From contig JBBIPP010000007.1 in assembly GCA_037442745.1 (NCBI GenBank), forward strand, positions 1 to 52,842: 52,842 bases of DNA, in the 5' to 3' direction. The notes under the pieces are model-generated. The model saw only the letters and a program-made list of their open reading frames with translations, had not been told where the DNA came from and did no database searches. Of the stretch, positions 37,631 through 48,039 are shown piece after piece (the first letter of the stretch is position 1; every line of letters starts with the position of its first letter). Made by a program: the position numbers and the translations under genes. Source of the stretch: an archaeon. Its GTDB lineage: Archaea > SpSt-1190 > DYHY01.

Positions 37631-38480
37631 CTATTTTGTGGGTCAATTCGTCCGAAAATGATCGGTTAGTAGAGTCGTCAAAAACAGAAAACTTTGCAAA
37701 ATAGTTCCCTGAAGGCAGTTTGAATTTTGAGCTTGCCCTGACGGAATTATTTGCTGGCAATGTGACTATTTTCAGGAGATTTGAATTGACCGAGTTTCCG
37801 GATTCATCCATTATTTCTGTGAACATTTTCCATTCCCCGCGGAGTGGCCTCTTGTTTCCCAAACTGAATGTGAAATTCACGACCAAATTCTCTTTGTCAA
37901 CCCATTCGTATCCGAAATTCGGGGAAAGTGTAAGGACTTCGGAAGACCGGCCTATTTTCGAGCTCGGTAGTTGGAAGCGTTTCTCTTTTGAGAACAAATC
38001 ATATAGGAAAGAATCAAGTGTCTCGTTCTCGTAAAAGGCTATCCGCACATTACCAAAATGGCTTTTTCCGGGAAGAATGACGCCGTTTTCAAATGAGACG
38101 TCCGAAGATGTGCTAGGAAGATCCGCAAAATAAACAGTGCCTTCTTTTGAAACAAGTCCCAGCCCGGTGCTCGGGAATTGTACGTGTTCATTTGTCGGGT
38201 TTGAGAAAACGACATCAAGGACATAATAACTTGTTCCGTTCGGCGCAAGCCGGCTTATTTCACGCTTTTTCTCGTCAACATAAATAAATTGATCGAATAT
38301 TTCGACTTTTTTCACGTCAAAGATTGTGCCAGAATCCAATTGTGCAGAAAACAAGGAATTAGACGGCTTTTCTTTAGCAACGCATCCGGAAAAAACTACC
38401 AAAAGCGCGAATATTCCCAGAAAATAGAAGCGTGCAAAAGCCGAAATTACTAGAACTAATAGTCCGAATTTTTTAGCCAT
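37620..38480 (-). CDS. putative lipoprotein with Ig-like domains
   Basis: Lipobox-like VFSGC after a hydrophobic stretch; visibly AT-richer than neighbours. Confidence 0.7.
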   Translation of the reverse strand: MAKKFGLLVLVISAFARFYFLGIFALLVVFSGCVAKEKPSNSLFSAQLDSGTIFDVKKVEIFDQFIYVDEKKREISRLAPNGTSYYVLDVVFSNPTNEHVQFPSTGLGLVSKEGTVYFADLPSTSSDVSFENGVILPGKSHFGNVRIAFYENETLDSFLYDLFSKEKRFQLPSSKIGRSSEVLTLSPNFGYEWVDKENLVVNFTFSLGNKRPLRGEWKMFTEIMDESGNSVNSNLLKIVTLPANNSVRASSKFKLPSGNYFAKFSVFDDSTNRSFSDELTHKIGAE

Positions 38481-38579
38481 CCTTCCTGTAATTTGTTCTT
38501 TCTTTATAATTTAATGCTTTTTTTTCCTAAAGGCGCTCTTTTGGCGCCCAAAGCTCCCTAAAATGTGCGAAAATTCACA

Positions 38580-38725
38580 GGGTTCGCTGTATTTCGTCAA
38601 CCCGGAAAAGCCGGATTTCCTTTCAGCGCGAACCCTTACGGGGTTCGCTGTATTTCGTCAACCCGGAAAAGCCGGATTTCCTTTCAGCGCGAACCCTTAC
38701 GGGGTTCGCTGTATTTCGTCAACCC
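38580..38725. repeat. 61-bp tandem repeat containing the mcm 3' end
   Basis: 24-bp GGGTTCGCTGTATTTCGTCAACCC at 38580, 38641 and 38702, separated by identical 37-bp inserts. Confidence 0.95.
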
Positions 38726-40727
38726 TCGGGGAATAGATTGTCCCGTCCCTTAGAAGAGCGTCAATTAATTTTTGGCAATCCTCCTCAGTCAGGCCCTTTG
38801 ATACTGCCCTTTCAATCAGGAGCTTTTTCTTGAAAGGCTTCCCTCCGGATTCCTTTTCAAGCTCCTTCAAGGAATCTGTTATTATGTTGATTTTCCCCCT
38901 TTTTGCGGCAGTTGTTCCGCCTTCTAGCCGTGCAATGTCAAGTTTCCCGGTTTCAGGGTCAAAGCCAACCTGGTAAAGGCAGAACTTCATAAGGTCAATT
39001 GCCTTTCTCGCATCTTCGGCAGTCACGGCGTGCGAGAACCTTAGCCTTGCATTCCCTTCCGAGAGCCGGACAATTGCCTCAAGCTGTCTTGCCGTTATCG
39101 GGATTGCCTGGAGCTCGTCTGACGACCCCCCGTGCTTTGTCCGAAGGCCGACATAAAAGTTTTTTATCTCATCGACCGCCTCGGTCGTGAGTTTCGGCGA
39201 GGGGAAGTTTTTCTTCGTATATGCAATGTATTTCCGGAGGACATCTGTCTCAATTGGTGCAATGTTTTTCCTGTTCGGCTGCTTGTGGAGGAGGAGTATG
39301 TGGTCGGCGAGACTTTCGTCCTTTTCCCTGTCAGGGACGTCCCTAAGAATGAACGTCAGGTCGAACCTTGAAAGAAGTGTCTGGGGCATTTCAATCTGCT
39401 CCATAATGTCTTTCCGGGGGTCGAACCTCGAAAGCTTTGGGTTTGCCGCGGCGAGAATCGATGTCTCTGCTCTAAGGTTGGCGTGGATGTTCGCTTTGGC
39501 AATTGAGACTGACCCCTGTTCCATTACCTCGTGCATTGCGACCCTGTCTTCAGGCGCCATCTTGTCCATCTCGTCAATTGCGCACAAGCCCTTGTTGCAG
39601 AGGACAACTGCTCCAGCCTCAAGAGCCCAGCCCCCAAGGAATTCGTCCCTCACAACAACTGCAGTGAGGCCAGCCCCCGTTGCCCCCTTGCCGGATACGT
39701 ACATTGATTTCGGGGAAAGCATGCTGACATAGCGGAGTAGTTGGGATTTCCCGCTCCCGGGGTCACCGACAAGGAAAATGTGTATCTCTCCCCTTGTTTT
39801 CATCCCGTCGCTCCTGATTTTTGTCACTCCCCCGAACAATTGGAGGGCGACAGCCTCCTTTATTTTCTCGTTCCCGTAAATCGAGGGGGCGATTGAGAGG
39901 ATTATTTTCTCCTTTATTTTCGGGTCCTTGCTCATCTCGACAATTGTCTCCTCTTCCTCCTTTGTCAATTCGAGCTTTTCGAATTCCTGGACAGAATTTT
40001 CAACATATATTGCCTGGAGATAGACATCGAAAATCTTCGACTTTACTCCAGTCCTCAAAGTAACCGGCTTTTCCTTCATTACCCCGACAATTTTCACCCG
40101 GTTCCCGGGAGTGAGCCTTTCTCTCAAGGTAGGTTCAACCAAATCATCCTGAAGAATTGCGTCAATTCTCGAGGGCTGCTCACCTCCAGTCAATCTCTCT
40201 GGAGCCTCCTCTATTTTCAGGCTCTGGAGGTCCCGGAACGTCTTGTCCCCTTCCTTGAAAATTGATTTACCGCAGATGCATTTCGCGGGCTTTCTTATCA
40301 CCTGCGTTGTCTGGAGAATTGTCATCTTGTTCCCGCAATCTAGGCACTCAAAGACAACTTCCATAACTTCCGGTCTGACTTCTGAAGCCTGCCTAATTAG
40401 TCCCTCGACTTCCACTATTTTCCCGAGATGTTTTGTCCGGAGATCCTTGATTTTGACGAATTTGGATTCTGGGAGAGTGTGCACCCGGACGAAAATCTTG
40501 TCCGCTGTCGGAAGTGGCTGTGAGGAGATTACCGCCTCCATCTCCTCAATTATCTCAAGGGGACGCTCAAGGAGCTCGTCAGCCAGAAGCGGGTCATGGC
40601 GGTCTAAGTCGTTGAAATCAAGAAAGAAGCTCTTTCCGCCCTTGCTTACGGTTTCGACAAGCTTCTTGTAATAGTCAGTTGTCGCCAGGAACTCGGCGAA
40701 CTTTTGCGAAACCTCGGATAACTCCAC
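38697..40727 (-). CDS. mcm: MCM replicative helicase (no intein), GTG start
   Basis: Zn finger CLDC...CIC, GDPGSGKS, IDEMDKM, AAANP, SRFD. Confidence 0.98.
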   Translation of the reverse strand: MELSEVSQKFAEFLATTDYYKKLVETVSKGGKSFFLDFNDLDRHDPLLADELLERPLEIIEEMEAVISSQPLPTADKIFVRVHTLPESKFVKIKDLRTKHLGKIVEVEGLIRQASEVRPEVMEVVFECLDCGNKMTILQTTQVIRKPAKCICGKSIFKEGDKTFRDLQSLKIEEAPERLTGGEQPSRIDAILQDDLVEPTLRERLTPGNRVKIVGVMKEKPVTLRTGVKSKIFDVYLQAIYVENSVQEFEKLELTKEEEETIVEMSKDPKIKEKIILSIAPSIYGNEKIKEAVALQLFGGVTKIRSDGMKTRGEIHIFLVGDPGSGKSQLLRYVSMLSPKSMYVSGKGATGAGLTAVVVRDEFLGGWALEAGAVVLCNKGLCAIDEMDKMAPEDRVAMHEVMEQGSVSIAKANIHANLRAETSILAAANPKLSRFDPRKDIMEQIEMPQTLLSRFDLTFILRDVPDREKDESLADHILLLHKQPNRKNIAPIETDVLRKYIAYTKKNFPSPKLTTEAVDEIKNFYVGLRTKHGGSSDELQAIPITARQLEAIVRLSEGNARLRFSHAVTAEDARKAIDLMKFCLYQVGFDPETGKLDIARLEGGTTAAKRGKINIITDSLKELEKESGGKPFKKKLLIERAVSKGLTEEDCQKLIDALLRDGTIYSPRVDEIQRTP

Positions 40728-40908
40728 GCCCGGGGTTTCTCATAGTTTATTAAAGGCTTTTTGGAGAAACTTGCCAGTAATAATTCCAGTGGAAACAGAA
40801 GAAGCGGAGGAGGCAGTGACTACTTTTGCTCTCTTTTCAAAAAATCAAGTAAACCAGATTATTTCCAGAGAAGCTGTCTCCTGACCGGCCTTCTGGAAAT
40901 GAGTTTTC

Positions 40909-41136
40909 TCAGAGAATTTCAAAAGTTTTTATTCTGGATTTCGCCCCGGATGAAAGACAGATTTTCTTTCCCGGAACTTTTCCTTCAAGCAATTCGCCAA
41001 TTTCCCGGTTGGCCTTTCCCTCAACGGGATGACTTTTGACGAACGCTATTATGTCGCACTTGTCAATTTCAAATTCTGACGGAGTTGAAAGTTCTGATTT
41101 TTTCAATCCAAGCCCGGCAAAAACCCTCATTTTCAT
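40909..41136 (-). CDS. short hypothetical protein or gene fragment
   Basis: ATG ORF co-oriented between neighbours; no motif. Confidence 0.35.
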   Translation of the reverse strand: MKMRVFAGLGLKKSELSTPSEFEIDKCDIIAFVKSHPVEGKANREIGELLEGKVPGKKICLSSGAKSRIKTFEIL

Positions 41137-41151
41137 TTTCAGGTTTCACTC

Positions 41152-41439
41152 CTAGAAATCAAGGATAAAGTCAGCGACCTTTTTTTTCGATTCCCCCGCC
41201 CGCTTCATTGCGGATTCAAGAAGAGTTCCCTTGAATTTCAGGGAATATTCCTTCGATGCCCCGAGAAGGCTCTGGACTTCCGGACAAGTCTTCTTCTGGG
41301 CGCAATTCCTGCAAGTGAGAGGCCCTACCATTTTTTCTCGGTTCTCCAAGGGGCAAGGGAGCTTGAACGAGAGTATTTCCGCATTCCTCTTTTCAACAGG
41401 ATCAAGGCCAGAGGAAATTGGAGGTGCCATTCCCGGCAA
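41152..41439 (-). CDS. small Cys4 (possible Zn-binding) hypothetical protein
   Basis: CP-x11-CxxC-x5-CP pattern. Confidence 0.55.
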   Translation of the reverse strand: MPGMAPPISSGLDPVEKRNAEILSFKLPCPLENREKMVGPLTCRNCAQKKTCPEVQSLLGASKEYSLKFKGTLLESAMKRAGESKKKVADFILDF

Positions 41440-41513
41440 ATGCCTGCCGGCTATTAATTGTTTTCCGGGCCAGATGGATTATAAGACAATCCGCACGCCA
41501 CTCACTTGAAATT

Positions 41514-42034
41514 TTGGATCAAGCCCCTAGAATCTATGATGTTTTCAGGAAATTCAAGCACGAATGGGCGGTTTTTGTCCTTGCATATGACCGGAAACTC
41601 GGAAGGCTCTCTGGAATTGTTGCCGGCTGGAGAATGAAATTCTCAGGGGAACCGCTCCTGTATGCGGTCTCTATTTCCAAGGAGGGATACGCCGGAAAAC
41701 TAATCCGGGAAACTGGCGAATTCGTTGTCTCAATACCTAACAAGGGGATTGAATCCGCAATAGGGGTTTTCGGAAAGAACTGTGGAGGCCGTGTTGACAA
41801 GTTCAAGGAATCCGGCCTTAGGACTCGCAAGGCGAAAATTGTCTCTGCCCCAATCTATATGATGCGAAAATAAACCCGGAATGCGTCCTTGAGCTGGAAG
41901 CGGATTCCGGCGACCACACTATTTTCATCTGGAAAGTTGTCGCGGCATACCACAATCGCGAAAAGAGGTTACTTGTCAACACGAGAAACATCCTTGAAGG
42001 CTTGTACGAATTCAAGGAGTTCCGAGCCCCCGAT
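41514..42034 (+). pseudogene. frameshifted flavin reductase-family gene
   Basis: EPLLYAVSI, IRETGEFVVSIP, VDKFKESGL in one frame; INPECVL...GDHTIFI in the -1 frame after about 41855. Confidence 0.8.
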
Positions 42035-43141
42035 CTAAAGACCGAAAAAGCCCCTGCCCTTCTTCCAGTCCTTCCCTTCCAGTTCGGAGAGCTCCCTGAT
42101 TAGTTCAAGCTCTCTAGGGGATAGTTTTTTCGGAGTCTCTATTTCAACCTTGACCAAAAGATCCCCTCGCCCCCTCTCCCGAAGGGATGGCATTCCCCGC
42201 CCGCTCAATGTGAAGACAGTCCCAGTCTCAGTTCCTTTCGGTATTTCAAGCACGACTTTTCCGTCAATTGATTCGAATTCTTCTTTTCCTCCGAGAACCG
42301 CTGTCGGGAAGCTTATTTTCCTCTTATGGAGGAGGTCTTTGCCCCTTCTTCTGAATTCATCGTTCTCCTCAACAGATACAACAACAAGCAAGTCACCTCC
42401 GAGTTCGCCCTCCCCCCTCACGCGAAGAGCAGTCCCATCTTCAACTCCCGCAGGTATTTTCACGCTAATTTCGTGCTTTCCAGTCTCCTCCCCGCTCCCC
42501 CGGCAAGCCTTGCACTCTTTTGAGAAAATTTCTCCCCTTCCTCCGCATTCCGGGCAGGTTCCGAAGCTTTGCATCAGCCCGAAAACAGTCCTTCTTGTTG
42601 TTGAAACTCTTCCCTGCCCTCTGCATTTTTTGCACGTTTTCGGGTCGAACCCGCCGTTCCCGAGACATTCCTTGCAGAAATCACGCCTCTCAATCCTGAT
42701 TTTCCTTTCAGTTCCACCGAAAGCCTCCTCAAGAGTGACTGAAACAGAATACCGAATGTTTCTTGCTTTGCTCTCAGGCTCCGAAAAATCGTCCCCTCCG
42801 AAGGAGAATGAGAACGGGCTTCCCTGCCCCCTCCCGCTTCCTCCGAAAAACTGCTCGAAAATGCTTCCAAGATCGGAAAAGTCACCCGCACCCGAAAAGT
42901 CCCCCGCGGAAAAACCTTCCGCAGTCCCGAACCTGTCGTATTTAGCCCTTTTTTCAGGGTCTGAGAGGACTGAATATGCCTCGTTTATTTCCTTGAATTT
43001 GTCTGTTGCGTCAGACTCTTTGTTAACGTCCGGATGGAACTTTCTTGCAAGTGTCCGGAAGGCTTTCTTAATCTCGTCAGAGCTGGCATCCCGTCTAACT
43101 CCCAAGACGGAATAATAGTCTTTCGGGGAATTTGCGGACAT
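42035..43141 (-). CDS. dnaJ: chaperone DnaJ
   Basis: HPD J-domain, G/F region, four CxxCxGxG repeats. Confidence 0.98.
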   Translation of the reverse strand: MSANSPKDYYSVLGVRRDASSDEIKKAFRTLARKFHPDVNKESDATDKFKEINEAYSVLSDPEKRAKYDRFGTAEGFSAGDFSGAGDFSDLGSIFEQFFGGSGRGQGSPFSFSFGGDDFSEPESKARNIRYSVSVTLEEAFGGTERKIRIERRDFCKECLGNGGFDPKTCKKCRGQGRVSTTRRTVFGLMQSFGTCPECGGRGEIFSKECKACRGSGEETGKHEISVKIPAGVEDGTALRVRGEGELGGDLLVVVSVEENDEFRRRGKDLLHKRKISFPTAVLGGKEEFESIDGKVVLEIPKGTETGTVFTLSGRGMPSLRERGRGDLLVKVEIETPKKLSPRELELIRELSELEGKDWKKGRGFFGL

Positions 43142-43320
43142 TATTCAATTATCAGAAAAATTCGCTTTTTAAACTATTCTGGGGCTCTACTGAATGACTA
43201 TTCCTTTCCAATTTCTCAGTACCCCAAATAGGACTGCCATCTCATGAGCTTTGCCCCCACACTTCGCCTCAGTTCCCCCAATCAATTAGATTTAAAAAAG
43301 GGACTTGGCAATTCCCTTGG

Positions 43321-44031
43321 ATGGAAAAGAAGCACTCTGGAGCCCACGCGGGAACCAACGCAACCAACCGCTCTGCGGAAAAGTCAGAGACTCTCCCGGA
43401 CAAGAAATGGATGTATTTCTCATACGCCCTGATTGCAATACTCTTGGTATCGGTAGTCTCGAACTTCTTCATTATTGCCAAATTGACCGATTATATAGGG
43501 CCCCCGAAAATAAAGGCGCAGGGAGGCGCAGGATTTGTAGGGAAAGCCGATGCTCCCCTGACCCTTGTAATGTACACTGACTACGAATGCCCGTATTGCG
43601 CTAGATGGTATCAGCAGACATATGCCGCATTGAAGGAGAACTTCATTGACACGGGCCTTGTCAGGTTCGAAGTCAAGAACTTTCCCCTCTCTTTCCATCC
43701 GAACGCACTGATTTCGGCGAACGCCGCCGAGTGCGCGGAAGCCCAAGGGTCGTTCATTGAATATCATGAAATCCTCTACAAGAACCAGCGCGCCCTTGAC
43801 CGCGCGAGCCTAATCCGCTATGCTGGAGAGGCAGGTCTTGACACTGCCAAGTTCACAGAATGCCTTGATTCCGATACATATGTAGATGACATTAACGCTG
43901 AAGCGGCGGAAGGGGCGAGCCTCGGGATTTCCGGAACGCCCGGGTTCCTTTTGAACGGAGAAAGCCTCCCACTTGGAGCAAGCCCATACTCTTCTTTTGA
44001 AACAGCCCTAAACAAGGCTCTCGGAAGGTAA
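43321..44031 (+). CDS. membrane-anchored DsbA-family thioredoxin-fold protein
   Basis: N-terminal TM, DYECPYC, NFPLSFHPNA, GISGTPGF. Confidence 0.92.
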   Translation: MEKKHSGAHAGTNATNRSAEKSETLPDKKWMYFSYALIAILLVSVVSNFFIIAKLTDYIGPPKIKAQGGAGFVGKADAPLTLVMYTDYECPYCARWYQQTYAALKENFIDTGLVRFEVKNFPLSFHPNALISANAAECAEAQGSFIEYHEILYKNQRALDRASLIRYAGEAGLDTAKFTECLDSDTYVDDINAEAAEGASLGISGTPGFLLNGESLPLGASPYSSFETALNKALGR

Positions 44032-44377
44032 GTTTGCCAGGATGAATTGTTTCGGTGAGGAGGGCTATTTACCCCCCGCCTCCCGATTTTTTTGGTTTTG
44101 TTCCTTTCTGACCTTTCACGCTCAGCAAGAGTCAATTGCTAGGATTTTCCCTTTTCAAAGAGTTGTTCTTGCAAGGAATTGACAATATCCGCCCCAGTTT
44201 ATTCTCAATTGGAGAACATCCCGGCCTATTTTGGAAATGTCTCCATCTCAAGACAAATCAATAGAGCAGAAAATGGGACCTCCTGCAATTTCCTTCTAAA
44301 TTCTCTATGACAATCATGCAGGAGAAAGCGGGAAGCTGCCGAAGACGAGCAATACGGAACAGCGAATCAACTGGGAA

Positions 44378-46246
44378 TTATTTTCCCTTTTTGCTCTCAA
44401 ACTCCGCGTCAAAGGTCTCTCCATCATTTCCATCTGAGCTCCCCCCCGGGGATGTTTTTTTGAAGCCCTCTCCTTCAGGGGCCCCCTCTCCGGCTCCGGG
44501 CGCAGTCTTATAGAGAGCTTCAGACGCCGCGGAGACTGCTTTCCGCAGGGCATCAAGCTTTTCCTTGACAACTGCTTTTTCCTTCTTCTGGACAGCTTCC
44601 TTCAGTTCGGAAACCCATTTCTTTATCTCCGCTTTCTGGGTATCAGGAACCTTCTCCCCAAGATCAGAGAGCGCCTTCTCCGCAGTATAGATGAAGGAAT
44701 CCGCTTCGTTATAGAGCTCAATTTCCTCAATTCTTTTCTTGTCAGCGTCCGAGAATTTTTCTGCTTCCTTGACTTTTGCCTCAATCTCCTCTTTGGAGAG
44801 CTTGTGGGGGGCGGTTATCTGGATTTTCTGTTCCCTTCCAGTTCCAGCATCCTTTGCCGAGACGTGCATTATCCCGCTTGCGTCAATGTCGAACGTTACC
44901 TCTATTTTAGGAACGCCTCTAGGAGCCGGGGGAATTCCGATTAAGGAGAACTTCCCGAGCTCAACGTTGTCCCTGGCCATTGGCCTCTCGCCCTGAAGGA
45001 CGTGTATGTCGACCGCAGTCTGCATGTCTGCCGCGGTTGAAAACGTCTGGCTCTTTTTCACCGGAATTGTGGTGTTTCGCTCAATTAATTTAGTCATTAC
45101 TCCTCCAAGAGTTTCAATTCCGAGGGATAACGGAGTAACGTCAAGGAGGACTATGTCCTTTACTTCGCCCGAAAGTATTGCTCCTTGGATTGCAGCCCCG
45201 AGGGCGACGCACTCCATCGGGTCAACTCCCCTTTCCAATTTCTTCCCGACAATCTCCTCTACAAGAGCCTGGACAATTGGCATTCTTGTCGGGCCTCCGA
45301 CGAGAATAACCTTGTCAATATCCTCGGGCTTGAGCCCGGCGTCCGAGAGCGCTTGCTTGACTGGAATCCTGCACCTCTCGACAATCGGCTTTACAAGTTC
45401 CTCCAATTTCGCTCTTGTTATTGAGAGAGAGAGGTGCTTTGGGCCCTCCGCATTAGCTGAAATGAATGGAAGATTGACGTCAGTCGACATTGTCGTAGAT
45501 AGCTCTATTTTTGCTTTTTCAGCGGATTCCCGGACTCTCTGCATTGCCACCTTGTCCTTGGAAAGGTCAATCCCTTCAAGTGCCTTGAACTCCGAGACAA
45601 TATGCTCGACAATTGCAAGATCCATGTCAGTTCCTCCCAGCTTCGTGTCCCCGCTCGTTGATTTCACCTCAAAGACCCCGTCGCCCATCTCCATTATTGT
45701 GACATCAAGGGTACCGCCTCCGAGGTCGAAGACAACTATTTTCGCGTTCTTTCCGTATTTCTCAAGTCCGAAAGCAAGGGCCGCCGCCGTAGGCTCGTTC
45801 ACAATTCTCACAACATCAAGACCAGCAATTGTCCCGGCATCCTTTGTCGCCTGCCTCTGGTTGTCGTCGAAATAGGCTGGAACGGTTATAACTGCCTTTT
45901 TGACAGGCTCCCCGAGATAGGTCTCCGCGTCCTTTTTTATTTTCTGGAGAATGAATGCGGAAATTTCCTGCGGGGAAAATGTTTTTTCTCCGAGCTTGAT
46001 TTTTTCAGAGGTTCCCATTTTCCTTTTCACTGCCTGAACAGTCCTCTCCGGGTTGACCGCAGACTGCCTTCTTGCAGGCTCTCCTACTAGGAGCGTTCCG
46101 TCCTTCGCAAAAGCGACAAAAGACGGAACAGTTTTTCCGGCAACTGTCGCGCCTTCGGCCGAGGGTATTATTACCGGCCTGCTACCTTCAACAACCGCCG
46201 CAGCCGAGTTCGATGTTCCAAGGTCAATTCCTATTATTTTCGTCAT
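44378..46246 (-). CDS. dnaK: chaperone DnaK (Hsp70)
   Basis: [35 protein letters not shown]. Confidence 0.99.
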   Translation of the reverse strand: MTKIIGIDLGTSNSAAAVVEGSRPVIIPSAEGATVAGKTVPSFVAFAKDGTLLVGEPARRQSAVNPERTVQAVKRKMGTSEKIKLGEKTFSPQEISAFILQKIKKDAETYLGEPVKKAVITVPAYFDDNQRQATKDAGTIAGLDVVRIVNEPTAAALAFGLEKYGKNAKIVVFDLGGGTLDVTIMEMGDGVFEVKSTSGDTKLGGTDMDLAIVEHIVSEFKALEGIDLSKDKVAMQRVRESAEKAKIELSTTMSTDVNLPFISANAEGPKHLSLSITRAKLEELVKPIVERCRIPVKQALSDAGLKPEDIDKVILVGGPTRMPIVQALVEEIVGKKLERGVDPMECVALGAAIQGAILSGEVKDIVLLDVTPLSLGIETLGGVMTKLIERNTTIPVKKSQTFSTAADMQTAVDIHVLQGERPMARDNVELGKFSLIGIPPAPRGVPKIEVTFDIDASGIMHVSAKDAGTGREQKIQITAPHKLSKEEIEAKVKEAEKFSDADKKRIEEIELYNEADSFIYTAEKALSDLGEKVPDTQKAEIKKWVSELKEAVQKKEKAVVKEKLDALRKAVSAASEALYKTAPGAGEGAPEGEGFKKTSPGGSSDGNDGETFDAEFESKKGK

Positions 46247-46279
46247 TTTTCTTCATTCCTCACTTTATATTTTCCATAT

Positions 46280-46894
46280 TTATTGGCTCGGAACCTCTGG
46301 TTTATGTCCCTCGGCTCCGGCATTTTTCTTTTCAACCCCTTCATTTTGGGAAGGGATTTGAGCATTCTCCTCTGCGGGATTCTTGAAAACCCGGACAGTC
46401 GCATGCCTGAGTATTTTCCCTCCGGGAATGGAATAACCGCACTGGACGACTGTCTCTATTTTCCCGTCGTTTTGAACAGAGCCTTCAACGAACTCAATTG
46501 CCTCGTGCCTGAACGGGTCGAAGGCTTCCCCGGCCTCCCCGAACTTTGAGACTCCTTCGCTTTTCAGGATTTCCGCCAACTGCCCCTTTATCATTAGGAG
46601 GCCCCTCAGGACCTCCGGTTTTGCGTCCTTTGCGGAGGCAAGACCAAGTTCAAAAGTGTCTGAAAGAGAGATGAGCTTTTCTAAAATCTCGCGCTTTCCA
46701 AAAGCCCTCTGCTCTGAGAACTCCTTTTGCGTTCTTTTCTTGTAATTCTCGAAATCCGCCGCAAGCCGGATGAATGTTTCTTTGGATTCCTCCCCGGGCT
46801 CTTGCACGCTCTCTTTTCCGGGGACCGATCCGGGGACCGATCCAGAAGCCTGAGATGCCGGGGGCTTTTTTTGTTCCTTCATGTGCAACACCAT
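46280..46894 (-). CDS. grpE: nucleotide exchange factor GrpE
   Basis: RLAADFENYKKR, FDPFRHEAI, GY...LRHATVRV. Confidence 0.96.
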   Translation of the reverse strand: MVLHMKEQKKPPASQASGSVPGSVPGKESVQEPGEESKETFIRLAADFENYKKRTQKEFSEQRAFGKREILEKLISLSDTFELGLASAKDAKPEVLRGLLMIKGQLAEILKSEGVSKFGEAGEAFDPFRHEAIEFVEGSVQNDGKIETVVQCGYSIPGGKILRHATVRVFKNPAEENAQIPSQNEGVEKKNAGAEGHKPEVPSQ

Positions 46895-47020
46895 TGAACA
46901 TTAATCCGTTTTTAAGTCTTTCGGGTGCTTACCTTGACATTATTGGGGAGTTCTCTTCCCAGATTCTACCAAAAGGGCAATTTCAGTCAGCCTTTTAAAT
47001 TTTGGTTTTCAGAAGGTTTC

Positions 47021-47893
47021 ATGGCTAGAAAATTGTCAGCGCCCTGGTCTTCTCATGAAGGCTTCCTTGGGCTCCCTGAATTGGACACTCCGAAATTCTC
47101 AGTAATCCCAGTTCCCTTTGACTCGACAGCAAGCTACGGCTCCGGGGCGCGTTTCGGCCCTTTTGCAATTATTGAGGCTTCAAAACAAGTGGAGCTTTTC
47201 GATCTGGAAGCTGGAAGGGAGATTCTCCCGGAAATTGAAACCCTTCCGCCAGTCGAAGTTGCAAGAGCTAGCCCGGAAGAGAATGCAAAGCGGGTGCAGG
47301 AAACTGTCGAGTCAGTCCTGAAAAACAAGCGAATCCCGATTTTATTGGGAGGAGACCATTCAATTGCAATAGGGGCAATTTTGGCTCTGCCAAAGGACGT
47401 TGTTGTTGTTTCAATTGACGCCCACGGCGACCTCCGGGAAGAATATGAAGGAAGCCGGTTCAGCCATGCCTGCGTAATGAAGAGGGCGTTTGATTCCGGG
47501 AAAACGGTTGTCGAGTTCGGGACCCGGGCGATTTCAAAGGAAGAATCAGAACTAGTTAAGAAGAATCCTAGAAGAATTCTCCTGAATTACTCCTCAGAAA
47601 TACGAGAAAAAGGAATTTCGTCCTCCCTGAAAAAAGCATTTCCAATGTTCAAGGGGAAAAAGGTATATCTCTCAATAGATATTGACGGATTCGACCCCTC
47701 AGTTGCCCCCGGGACAGGGACTCCGGAGCCCGGCGGACTGTCCTACTTTGACGGCCTTGAGATAATAAGGGCGGTTTGTCGGAATTCCGAAATTGTCGGC
47801 CTTGACGTGAACGAGGTAATCCCCGACAAATTCAACATAACGAACTTCCTTGCGGCGAAACTTATTTTCAAGACACTCTCCTATATCGGATGA
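47021..47893 (+). CDS. speB: agmatinase
   Basis: GGDHS, DAHGDLR, SHAC, SIDIDGFDPSVAPGTGTPEPGG. Confidence 0.95.
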   Translation: MARKLSAPWSSHEGFLGLPELDTPKFSVIPVPFDSTASYGSGARFGPFAIIEASKQVELFDLEAGREILPEIETLPPVEVARASPEENAKRVQETVESVLKNKRIPILLGGDHSIAIGAILALPKDVVVVSIDAHGDLREEYEGSRFSHACVMKRAFDSGKTVVEFGTRAISKEESELVKKNPRRILLNYSSEIREKGISSSLKKAFPMFKGKKVYLSIDIDGFDPSVAPGTGTPEPGGLSYFDGLEIIRAVCRNSEIVGLDVNEVIPDKFNITNFLAAKLIFKTLSYIG

Positions 47894-48039
47894 ATCAGCG
47901 CAGTACATATTACAAGTTTCCCAGATGCGATCTGCCTGAAATGGACTTTTCGCTCTTATTCTTCCTGTTCAAATTTTCATGCGAATCCAGACCAGAATAC
48001 ATCCTGTCATGACGCTTTCCGGAAACCCTGCCGGCAATC

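Noticed and set aside
38580-38725. CRISPR array (24-bp repeat, 37-bp spacers)
   Set aside because: Spacers are identical, the repeat is mcm coding sequence and there are no cas genes; reported as a tandem repeat instead.
38697-40727. Inteins in MCM or topoisomerase VI, or introns in the tRNAs
   Set aside because: Protein and tRNA lengths are canonical with contiguous motifs.
42150-45875. Long antisense ORFs (42150-43115, 45006-45875; also 34851-35687, 17048-17554, 30445-30807)
   Set aside because: They shadow well-supported genes, tRNAs or structured DNA and have no protein motifs.
46818-46843. 12-bp tandem repeat in grpE (GSVP x2)
   Set aside because: Ordinary slippage in a disordered N-terminus.
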